Positions 8,124 through 16,416 of a stretch of 64,000 bases of DNA are shown in pieces. Position numbers and translations under genes: made by a program. The notes below the pieces were generated by a model, which was not told the origin of the DNA, ran no database searches, and was given only the letters and a program-made list of their open reading frames with translations. How positions within the stretch are numbered: position 1 is the first letter of the stretch; every line of letters begins with the position of its first letter. Source of the DNA: Elusimicrobiota bacterium (GTDB lineage Bacteria; Elusimicrobiota; Elusimicrobia; UBA1565; UBA9628); contig JACQPG010000050.1 of the NCBI GenBank assembly GCA_016207665.1, positions 5,519 to 69,518 of the forward strand, read 5' to 3'.

Positions 8124-10292
8124 TTAAGGGCGAGAGTGCTTCTTGCCCAGGGCATGCCGGTAGAGCGAATAGACCACGGCGGCGTATAGTCCCGTGGAGA
8201 GGAGGGTCTCGAACGCCGGGTGGCCGGCCTCCGGGCGGCGCAATTGCAAGAACTGGGAGAGGCCGCCGGCCCATGGGAGCGTGCTGATCACCGCGATGCC
8301 GGCGATCACGATGCCCATCAAGGCGTCGCCGGCTATGAGCCCGGAGGCGTAGAGCGAGCCCGGATCGTGCTCGGCCACGGCCTGCCGTTTTTTGCGCGCC
8401 ACATACCAGGCCAACAGGCCTCCGACCATCATCATCGGCCAGTTGGTGATGGGCAGGTAGAGTCCGATAGCGAAAGCCAAGGCGGAGATGCCGCACATCT
8501 CCACGATGAGGCCGATGCCGGCTCCGGTGAGCAGCAAGGTCCAAGGCAGCTGGCCGCCCGTGGCGCCCTGGACCAGGCTGGCCATGAGGCTGGCTTGAGG
8601 GGCCTCCAAGGGATTGGGATGCTCCGGAGTCGGGGCCCCGAAGCCGTAGGCCATATAGAGCAGGAGCAGAATGAAGCCGGTCCGGACGGCTGAGACCAAG
8701 GTGCCCATGATCTCGGCCAGCTGCACTTTCCAGGGAGTGGCTCCGACCAGGGCGGCCGTCTTGAGATCCTGGGATAGATCCCCGGAAAGCGCGATGGCGA
8801 CGCAAACCACGGCCCCCCCCATGATGGCGGCCGTCTTGAGCGTGGCGGGGTCATGGCCCAGGGCGGCGAAGAGCAGGGTCATGGAAAGAAGCGCCGTGAT
8901 CGTCATCCCCGAGACCGGCTGATTGGTCGTGCCGATGAGCCCCACCATGCGGGCCGAGACGGCCACGAAGAAAAAGGCGAAGAGGAGGACGATGGCCGCC
9001 TCGACGGCGGATAATCCGAAGATGGGATGGAGCCACAGCAGCAGGCCGACCGACGCCACCCCCAAGCCGACCACGGGGATCGGAAGGTCGTGCTCGGTTC
9101 GAGGCAGGCCTGCGCCGAAGCGCGAGGCCGTCCGGCTCAGATAGAAGAAGAGCACGGCGCCGACCGCGGCGCCCACGGCCCCGCCTAACGCCATCCGAGC
9201 CAATCCCATCCATGACCAGTCGATTTCGCCGGCGAAAGCGCCGACCAGGAATCCCAAGGCCGCGCCGCCGAATACGATGGCGCCGTTCTCCCAATCCACG
9301 GCGGGCAACGCATTTCCTGATGCCCGCCGGGACGGTTCGCTCCCGCTCACCGTCCACAACCGATTGAGTGAGCCCAGTATCAGGGGCAGGGAACGCAGCA
9401 AGCTCAACAAACCGCCGAAAGCCACGCCTCCCGCTCCTATATAGCGCACATAGGTGGACCGTATTTGGCCCATGGACATCTGGTCGATCGGCATGGTCCC
9501 CGGCTCTATCACGTTCGATCCTCCGAGAGCGTCGATGAGAGGGATGAGCACCAGATAACCCAGGAGGCTGCCCGCGAACATGACGGCCACGATACGAGCC
9601 CCGATGAGATAGCCGACGCCGACGAACAGGGGAGAGACCTCGTAGCCGAAGCCCGCTTTATGGAGATTGGGCCAGGTCCAGACGATGGCGTCCTTGAACA
9701 GCATGAGCGCCGACATGGCGAATTTGAAAAGCCCCCCGACCAAGGCTCCTTGCAGCACCGGCGCGGCGGTGGCGCCTCCTTTATCCCCCGCTACCAGGAC
9801 CTCGGCCGCGGCTCTCCCCTCGGGGAATGGAAGGGTCTCGTGCTCCAGCACGACCAAGGAGTGGCGCAAAGGGATCATCATCAGAAGCCCGAGCAGCCCG
9901 CCCGCCACGCCCAGCCAAAACACCTTCGCGTTGGAGAGCTCCCCTCCCAGGAAAAGCAGCGCCGGGACGGTGAAAATCACGGCGGCGGCCAGCGACTCGC
10001 CGTTGGAGGCGATGGTGTGCACGATGTTGTTCTCGAGAATGGTGCCGTTGCGGCCGATCAGCCGCGGCAAGAGCATGCGCAACACGCCCATGGAGATGAT
10101 GGCCGAGGGGATCGACGCCGAAACGGTCAGTCCGATCTTGAGCCCCAGATAGGCGTTGGCCGCGTTGAAGATGATGGAGAGGATGAAGCCCAGCAAGACG
10201 GCCTGAACGGTGAACTCGGGGACGCGGCGATCGTCGGGGATATAGGACAACGCGGCGCTGGAGCTCTGTTCTCCGGAGGAAGGGCTTTTCAT
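8124..10292 (-). CDS. OPT-family oligopeptide transporter
   Basis: Start at MKSPSSGEQ...; the ATG overlaps the oppF stop as ATGA (10289-10292). Many TM helices. N-terminal region [36 protein letters not shown] is typical of bacterial OPT transporters. Confidence 0.8.
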   Translation of the reverse strand: MKSPSSGEQSSSAALSYIPDDRRVPEFTVQAVLLGFILSIIFNAANAYLGLKIGLTVSASIPSAIISMGVLRMLLPRLIGRNGTILENNIVHTIASNGESLAAAVIFTVPALLFLGGELSNAKVFWLGVAGGLLGLLMMIPLRHSLVVLEHETLPFPEGRAAAEVLVAGDKGGATAAPVLQGALVGGLFKFAMSALMLFKDAIVWTWPNLHKAGFGYEVSPLFVGVGYLIGARIVAVMFAGSLLGYLVLIPLIDALGGSNVIEPGTMPIDQMSMGQIRSTYVRYIGAGGVAFGGLLSLLRSLPLILGSLNRLWTVSGSEPSRRASGNALPAVDWENGAIVFGGAALGFLVGAFAGEIDWSWMGLARMALGGAVGAAVGAVLFFYLSRTASRFGAGLPRTEHDLPIPVVGLGVASVGLLLWLHPIFGLSAVEAAIVLLFAFFFVAVSARMVGLIGTTNQPVSGMTITALLSMTLLFAALGHDPATLKTAAIMGGAVVCVAIALSGDLSQDLKTAALVGATPWKVQLAEIMGTLVSAVRTGFILLLLYMAYGFGAPTPEHPNPLEAPQASLMASLVQGATGGQLPWTLLLTGAGIGLIVEMCGISALAFAIGLYLPITNWPMMMVGGLLAWYVARKKRQAVAEHDPGSLYASGLIAGDALMGIVIAGIAVISTLPWAGGLSQFLQLRRPEAGHPAFETLLSTGLYAAVVYSLYRHALGKKHSRP

Positions 10293-11308
10293 CCGAGCGC
10301 TGTCAGAGCGGCGTCGCTGGGTTTCTGCCTGAAAGGCTGAATAGGACAGGCGGCCCAATGCCCGGGCTTGACCTCGATGAAGTCGGGCGAGTCGCGGCGG
10401 CAGGGCTTTTGGGCATAACGGCAGCGGGGATGAAAATGGCAGCCCGGCGGCGGCTTGAGCGGGCTAGGCACGTCTCCGGTCAGCAGGATGCGCTTGCGCC
10501 TTTTCTCGATGTTGGGATCAGGGATCGGCACCGCGGAGAGCAGGGCCTCGGTGTAAGGATGCTGGGGATCATTGAAGAGGGTCTCGGATTCCGCCAGCTC
10601 CACGACTCGGCCCAGGTACATGACCGCGATGCGGTTGCAGAGATGCCGCACCACGGAGAAATCATGGGAGATGAAGATATAGGTGAGCTTAAGCTCCCGC
10701 TGCAGATCCTTGAGGAGATTGAGGATTTGGGCCTGGATCGAGACGTCGAGCGCGGAGACGGGCTCGTCGGCGACGATCAGCTTGGGATTGAGAGCCAGGG
10801 CCCGGGCGATGCCGATGCGTTGGCGCTGGCCGCCCGAGAACTCATGGGGATGCCGCTCGAGGTGGCTTTGCGCGATGCCGCAGAACTCCAGCAGCTGGAG
10901 AAGGCGCTTGCGGCGCTCGGCCTTGTCCGGGTAGACGCCATGGATGATGAAGGGCTCGGTGATGATCGATTCGACCGTCATCCGGGGATTGAGACTCGAG
11001 AAGGGATCCTGGAATATGACCTGCATCTCGCGGCGCAGTCCGCGCAATTCGGAGGAGCGCATGCCGTAGATGGAGCGTCCCTCGAAGACCACGTCTCCCG
11101 CCGTGGGCTTGTCGAGGGCCAGTATCATGCGGCCGAGCGTGGTCTTGCCGCAGCCGGATTCTCCAACCACCGCGAAGCTCTCCTGGGGAAAAACCGAGAA
11201 GCTGACCCCATCGACGGCCTTGACCGTGCCCTTTTCGCCGAATAGTCCCTTGCGCACGGTGAAATGCTTCTTGATGTCCTTGACCTCGAGCAGCGGACGG
11301 GTGCTCAT
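10289..11308 (-). CDS. ABC oligopeptide transporter ATP-binding protein (OppF/DppF type)
   Basis: Walker [10 protein letters not shown], signature LSGGQRQR, Walker [13 protein letters not shown]. Has the C-terminal oligopeptide ABC extension. The ATG at 11308 overlaps the oppD stop (ATGA). Confidence 0.9.
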   Translation of the reverse strand: MSTRPLLEVKDIKKHFTVRKGLFGEKGTVKAVDGVSFSVFPQESFAVVGESGCGKTTLGRMILALDKPTAGDVVFEGRSIYGMRSSELRGLRREMQVIFQDPFSSLNPRMTVESIITEPFIIHGVYPDKAERRKRLLQLLEFCGIAQSHLERHPHEFSGGQRQRIGIARALALNPKLIVADEPVSALDVSIQAQILNLLKDLQRELKLTYIFISHDFSVVRHLCNRIAVMYLGRVVELAESETLFNDPQHPYTEALLSAVPIPDPNIEKRRKRILLTGDVPSPLKPPPGCHFHPRCRYAQKPCRRDSPDFIEVKPGHWAACPIQPFRQKPSDAALTALG

Positions 11309-12327
11309 GAAGGCGCGGCGCTCTGGGCCGGGGAATAACGGTGCCGGGACTGCTCGGATTCCGATTCCTGTTTCCAGCAATTGGAGACGCGGCCGCCCGG
11401 AAGATGAAAGTGCGGCGGGTCCTGGATGCGGCAGCGGTCCATGGCCACCGGACAGCGGACCACGAAAGGACAACCCGGGAACTCCCGAGTCAGCTCAGGG
11501 GGCTGGCCGCCGATGGCCTCGAGCCTCTCCTTGCGCGCGTAGATCGACGGCACGGAGCTCAGCAGGCCTTGGGTGTAGGGATGCTTGGGATCCTTGAAAA
11601 GCGAGTGTATGGACGCCTGTTCGATCTGCCGGCCGGCGTACATCACAGCCACGTCGTCGGCCATCTCGGCCACCACCCCGATATTGTGGGTGATGAGCAC
11701 GATTGCCATCCGGTATTCCTTTTGAAGGTCCCGCATCAGCTCGAGTATCTGGGCCTGTATGGTCACGTCCAAGGCCGTGGTCGGCTCATCGGCGATGAGC
11801 ACGTCCGGCTCGCAGGACAGGGCGATGGCGATCATGGCCCTTTGCCTCATGCCGCCCGAGAACTGATGCGGATAATCCTGCACGCGCTCTTCCGCGTGAG
11901 GGATCCCGACTTTCTTAAGGAGCTCGACGGCCTTGGCCCAGGCCTTTTCGCGGGTGGCTCCCTGGTGGAGCATCACCGCCTCCGCGATCTGCTCGCCCAC
12001 CGGCAGCACCGGATTGAGCGAGGTCATGGGCTCCTGGAATATCATGGCTATGCGATTGCCCCGGATGTCCCCCATGCCCTGCGGGCCGAGCGCCAGGAGA
12101 TCCCGCCCGTTGAACAATATTTCCCCCGCCACGATGCGGGCGGGCGGCTCGGGCAACAGCCTCAGGATGGAGAGGGCATGCACGCTCTTGCCCGAGCCTG
12201 ATTCGCCCACGACGGCCAGGGTCTTTCCCGGGTAAAGGTCGTAGCTGATGCCGTCTACGGCGCGGATGACCGAATCGTCAAGATGAAAATAAGTCCGCAA
12301 ACCGCGGACCGAAAGGACAGGCTCCAC
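11305..12327 (-). CDS. ABC oligopeptide transporter ATP-binding protein (OppD/DppD type)
   Basis: GTG start. Walker [28 protein letters not shown]. Confidence 0.9.
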   Translation of the reverse strand: MEPVLSVRGLRTYFHLDDSVIRAVDGISYDLYPGKTLAVVGESGSGKSVHALSILRLLPEPPARIVAGEILFNGRDLLALGPQGMGDIRGNRIAMIFQEPMTSLNPVLPVGEQIAEAVMLHQGATREKAWAKAVELLKKVGIPHAEERVQDYPHQFSGGMRQRAMIAIALSCEPDVLIADEPTTALDVTIQAQILELMRDLQKEYRMAIVLITHNIGVVAEMADDVAVMYAGRQIEQASIHSLFKDPKHPYTQGLLSSVPSIYARKERLEAIGGQPPELTREFPGCPFVVRCPVAMDRCRIQDPPHFHLPGGRVSNCWKQESESEQSRHRYSPAQSAAPS

Positions 12328-12353
12328 TCAGGATTTTCTCTACTTTGCCGCCG

Positions 12354-12587
12354 TTAGATAGCGGTCGTTATGAGGCTCTCGGTTGACAAGACTCCGGGGA
12401 TCGCGCGGATGCCCCTGACGACCACGTTCGAAAGGGTGGAAAGATCGTCCGTCTCGATATCCAGCACCAGGTCCCAGCGGCCGAACACCGCGGTGACGTG
12501 CGAAACGCCCCTGGTGGCCTTGATCTGAGCTAGAGCCCCCTTTTCCTTGCCCGCCATCAGACGAACCAGAACCAGTCCGGTGACCAT
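12354..12587 (-). CDS. stand-alone Lrp/AsnC ligand-binding (RAM) domain protein
   Basis: 77 aa from ATG 12587, with GAGGGGTGA upstream. Pattern VTGLVLVRL...ALAQIKATRGVSHVTAVFGRWDLVLDIETDDLSTLSNVV...IPGVLSTESL is typical of the RAM domain. No helix-turn-helix domain. Confidence 0.7.
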   Translation of the reverse strand: MVTGLVLVRLMAGKEKGALAQIKATRGVSHVTAVFGRWDLVLDIETDDLSTLSNVVVRGIRAIPGVLSTESLITTAI

Positions 12588-12659
12588 GTTCACCCCTCGA
12601 TATACGGCCTCAAATATGCCGAAGTCGAACGATGTTTTCAGTATATCAAAAAAGTTGAT

Positions 12660-14255
12660 ATGATTGACGCTCGCCTACTGGCGCGGATTAGGAAGTGCGT
12701 CAGCTCCTTCATGAAATCCCAGCATAGAAAGAAGGGCCTGAAGGTTTTCGCGGCGCTGGCGGTGTTGTACGCCATCGCCTTCTCTGGCGAGACTCTCTGG
12801 CGGCGGCGCACCCGGGCCGTGGTGCTGGAACCCTCCAAATCCTCCTATTTCCACTATGAGTTCATCGAGATACGCCTAAGCAGCCGCGATCCGGCCCTGA
12901 GACGCCGGTGGCGGCAGTCGCCTCCCAAGGTCGTGGTCACGCGCGGGGGCCAGCCCGTCACGACCATCGCCTCCATCAGGGAAATGGCGTTGCAGCCCGA
13001 CGAATCGACCGGGATGTGGTCCGCGCGTTGGCCCTGCCCATGGAACGCGCCTACCGGTGTCTATGAGCTGAAGCTGGTCGAACCCGGCGACTTGGGCGAG
13101 CGCCTGACCGCCCGTCCGTTTTCCATCCGGCGCCGCAAGCCCAAGCCCGTGCCCCACCGTTTCGCCGTCCTGACCTTGGAGAGCGTGAGGCCGTTGCGGA
13201 CCATGAAGGTGAGGACTCCGGACGGAGAGATCAAGGATTGGCGCGGTCTCTTCGATTGGGTGGAATATATCGGCGCCGACGCCTTCTGGGTATTGGCGGG
13301 ACGGACTCCAGGGGACCGGCCGCAAGAGGTCTGGTTGAGCCACAACCTTCCCATGATCCCGGAGCTGGCCAAGGAATCTCGCCGGCGGGGCATCAAGTTC
13401 GGCGTCTATGTCATGTGCTATCTGACGCTTTCTAGCGACCGGCTGTCGCGCTACGAGTACGCTCTCGACGTCCAGGACGGGCGGCCCGTGCCGACCCGCG
13501 CCATTTCCATACGCGATCCCCGGCGCGCCGAGGACGTGGGCGCGCTCCTCGAGCGCATGCGCGATATCCCGGAGGTCGATTATCTGGGCCTGGATTACAT
13601 ACGCAATCCCTTGGGAGGGTATGAGCTGGTGGACGATTTCTATCGCGAGATGCCGGTGTCCCCCCCTCCCGGCTGGGACAAATTGAGCCGGGAGGAGCGC
13701 ATGGTGTATTTCGTGCGCAAGAAGATCATGCGCCTCGATAGGGACTTCATCGACGCCTGGCAGTGGTGGCGGGCGCATCGCGTGGCCGGCATAGTCAGGG
13801 GCATCAAGGCGAGGCTCGGCGACTCCAAGCCCTTGTGGGCCTTCACCTTGACCTGGGACAAGGGCTGGCATCACGGTCAGGATCCGGTGATGATGAACGA
13901 CGCCGGAGTCGATGCCGATGCTCTGATGCTTTATGAGGCCGATGAGTCGCAGTTCGCGGCCATGATGCGGGACTGGAGCCGCTATGTCCGGAAAGACGAC
14001 GTCCAGCTCATCGTCGGCGACGTGATCGATTGGAATCTCCATCAGAAACACCCGGAGGGTCCCAAGGAGTTTTATCGACGCACGGTCGAGGCCATCAACA
14101 AGATCCACGCGGACGGGATGGCGACCGGAGTCTTTTTTCACGATCTCGACCGCGCGCTTTGGGGGCGCTTGGGCCCCTGGGACAGCCGGGCATGGATGGA
14201 CGAGGCGCGCCGCGCCGTCCAGTATTTCAAGGCCTCGGGAGTCGTCGCGCGATGA
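12660..14255 (+). CDS. membrane-anchored hypothetical protein, possible glycoside-hydrolase-like TIM-barrel domain
   Basis: 531 aa. N-terminal TM LKVFAALAVLYAIAFSG. No confident family match from sequence alone. A glycoside-hydrolase-like fold is an inference from composition (many W/D/E/Y, DYLGLDYIRNP) and locus context. Confidence 0.45.
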   Translation: MIDARLLARIRKCVSSFMKSQHRKKGLKVFAALAVLYAIAFSGETLWRRRTRAVVLEPSKSSYFHYEFIEIRLSSRDPALRRRWRQSPPKVVVTRGGQPVTTIASIREMALQPDESTGMWSARWPCPWNAPTGVYELKLVEPGDLGERLTARPFSIRRRKPKPVPHRFAVLTLESVRPLRTMKVRTPDGEIKDWRGLFDWVEYIGADAFWVLAGRTPGDRPQEVWLSHNLPMIPELAKESRRRGIKFGVYVMCYLTLSSDRLSRYEYALDVQDGRPVPTRAISIRDPRRAEDVGALLERMRDIPEVDYLGLDYIRNPLGGYELVDDFYREMPVSPPPGWDKLSREERMVYFVRKKIMRLDRDFIDAWQWWRAHRVAGIVRGIKARLGDSKPLWAFTLTWDKGWHHGQDPVMMNDAGVDADALMLYEADESQFAAMMRDWSRYVRKDDVQLIVGDVIDWNLHQKHPEGPKEFYRRTVEAINKIHADGMATGVFFHDLDRALWGRLGPWDSRAWMDEARRAVQYFKASGVVAR

Positions 14256-14749
14256 GAGCGTGGGCGGCGGCGGCGCTTCTGTGGATCGGAGCAGCGTTTC
14301 CTTCTTTGTGCTCGGCTCAAGTGCCGGAGCCGGCCCGGGAGGACGTTCGCCTGCCCGCTCCCGAGCCCTCTCCCGCAAAAAAAAGGAAGGGCAAGGACAA
14401 TCCTCCCTTAGCCCTGGCCCTGGACCTCGCTTTCGGCCCCACGGTATGGGCTCAAGTCCAGATCTCCACGGCGGGGCCCGTGGTCGAGCTGAGCAAGCTG
14501 GTCAAGGAGGGCTATTACAAGCTGGAGCTCATCCAGCTCATCCTGATGAGTTCTCAGTCCAAACGGCCGCTCAAGGAGCTGCTCGAGAAGCGCCGCAAGG
14601 GCGCCAAGCTGGCCGAGATCGCTTGGGACCTGGGCCTCGATTATGAGAAGCTCTACGGCTCGGCTCTGGCCGTCCAGGAGCTCGTGGACAAGGAGTATCT
14701 TCCCCGCTTTCCCGAGACTCGCCTGCGTCGCGCCGGCGAGGAGCCTTGA
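14252..14749 (+). CDS. secreted hypothetical protein
   Basis: About 166 aa from the ATG at 14252 (ATGA overlap with the upstream gene). Signal peptide MRAWAAAALLWIGAAFPSLCSAQ. Confidence 0.5.
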   Translation: MRAWAAAALLWIGAAFPSLCSAQVPEPAREDVRLPAPEPSPAKKRKGKDNPPLALALDLAFGPTVWAQVQISTAGPVVELSKLVKEGYYKLELIQLILMSSQSKRPLKELLEKRRKGAKLAEIAWDLGLDYEKLYGSALAVQELVDKEYLPRFPETRLRRAGEEP

Positions 14750-15213
14750 GCGGGTTCCTGGCTTGCGCGCTGGCGCTGGCTCTCAACGCCGGCCCCGCGG
14801 CGCCTCTCAAGGCGCCGAAGCGGACCCGCTTGGAGCTTCCCAGCGGCGACAGGCTCATGGTCGACGTGGTCGACACTCCGGCCGAGCGCATGAAAGGGCT
14901 GATGTTCCGCCGTTCGCTTCCCAAGGATTATGGGATGCTTTTCGTGTTTCCGGCGCAGACCTGGCAGACCTTCTGGATGAAGAACACCTGGGTGAGCCTC
15001 GATATCGTATTCATCGACAAGGATAAAAAGGTGACCGCCATCTATCACGAGGTTCGCCCTTCCACGCCCAAGACCAGCGACTTGGAAGTCGCGCGCGTCA
15101 GCGGATTGGGCCAATTCGTGCTGGAGTTGCCGGCCGGCGCGGCGCGGCGCTACTCGCTTGATAAAGGCCGACTCGTCGACTTCAACCCCCCTATAACGCC
15201 CCCAAGGCGCTAA
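14746..15213 (+). CDS. DUF192 family protein
   Basis: 155 aa. Motif PAERMKGLMFRRSLPKDYGMLFVFP...FWMKNTWVSLDIVFID...VLELPAG matches the DUF192 consensus. TTG start overlapping the upstream stop (TTGA). Confidence 0.75.
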   Translation: MSGFLACALALALNAGPAAPLKAPKRTRLELPSGDRLMVDVVDTPAERMKGLMFRRSLPKDYGMLFVFPAQTWQTFWMKNTWVSLDIVFIDKDKKVTAIYHEVRPSTPKTSDLEVARVSGLGQFVLELPAGAARRYSLDKGRLVDFNPPITPPRR

Positions 15214-15327
15214 AGGCCCAGGTTCCGCTTCATCTTATAGACGGTGTTCAAGGTCACCCCGAGCACCGACCGGCCAATCGCATACCACCGCGCGGGTAAT
15301 TGTCATATAATCTTCACACGTCCGTCG

Positions 15328-16416
15328 ATGAGCCCCTCCCTAATGTCTTTCGAACCGATATTCCGCCTGAGCCTGCTGATCAGCCTGGCCTTGCTCGGCT
15401 TCGTGGCGCTGCTCATCGTGGCCCTCATCATCTCCAAGGGCCTGCGCCAGCTCTGGCTTCGTTACTCGAGCTGGCGAGAGGATCGGTTTAGACGTTTGGT
15501 GCTGGGGGCGATCGCGACCGATCATCCCCAGGCGGCCGGCCGGCTTTTGTCTTGCTTGTCCTGGCCCGGGGACAGGAGGGTGGTCAAGGCGTATCTATTG
15601 CGCCTGGCCGAGGGGCTCAGCGGGCATGGACGGGAGCGCATATACGCGCTGTTCGAGAGCGCCGGATTTGCCGACGACGAGATAGGACGGTTGGGCAGTT
15701 GGCGCTGGTGGGTCCGAGCCCAGGCCGCCCAGAGGCTGGGGATCATGATGTGCAGCAAGGCCGCGCCCGAGCTGGTGCTGGCGCTCGATGACCGCTCCAT
15801 CGAGGTGAGGCTCATGGCCGCCTGGGCCCTGGGCCGCTTCGGCGATTGGCCGGCGCTTTTCCGGATCGTGGAGGCCTTGGCGCGCTACTCGAAGCTGGCC
15901 ACGCTCCGGGTGACCGAAATCATCATGCAGATCGGCGCGGCCGCCGGTCCCATGGTCGAGCTGTTGCTCAAGCATGCCGATGAGGACGTCAGGCTCCTGG
16001 CCGTTCGGCTGGCCGGGCTGATCAAGGATGAGAAGGCCGCCGGGCAATTGCGGGAGTTCGTGAAGGATCCATCCGTCGACATCAGGGTCGCTTCCTGCGA
16101 GGCCCTCGGGGCCTTGGGCGGGGCGCGGGGCGCGAGCTCGCTGGTGGAGGCTCTCTCGGACGCGGCCTGGCCGGTGCGCGCCAAGGCGGCGCTCATGCTG
16201 GGCCGTCTGGCCTTGCCCCAGACCGCCGAGGCCTTGAGGACGACTCTTTCGGACCCGGCCTGGTGGGTGAGGCTCAACAGCGGACGGGCCTTGAGCCGGA
16301 TGGGTCAAGCGGGGCGCGAGATACTCCAGTCCGCGCTCTCCCATCCCGATCGCTTCGCCCGTGATATGGCGGCGCAATGGCTCGATGAATCCGAGCCGGC
16401 GCTGGGGACCCGATGA
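15328..16416 (+). CDS. HEAT/PBS-lyase repeat membrane protein
   Basis: N-terminal TM LSLLISLALLGFVALLIVALII, then multiple HEAT-like repeats (VRLMAAWALGRFGD, VRLLAVRLAGL, VRVASCEALGALG, VRAKAALMLGRL, VRLNSGRAL). Start moved to the ATG at 15328, downstream of a TGTCATATAAT box. Confidence 0.65.
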   Translation: MSPSLMSFEPIFRLSLLISLALLGFVALLIVALIISKGLRQLWLRYSSWREDRFRRLVLGAIATDHPQAAGRLLSCLSWPGDRRVVKAYLLRLAEGLSGHGRERIYALFESAGFADDEIGRLGSWRWWVRAQAAQRLGIMMCSKAAPELVLALDDRSIEVRLMAAWALGRFGDWPALFRIVEALARYSKLATLRVTEIIMQIGAAAGPMVELLLKHADEDVRLLAVRLAGLIKDEKAAGQLREFVKDPSVDIRVASCEALGALGGARGASSLVEALSDAAWPVRAKAALMLGRLALPQTAEALRTTLSDPAWWVRLNSGRALSRMGQAGREILQSALSHPDRFARDMAAQWLDESEPALGTR

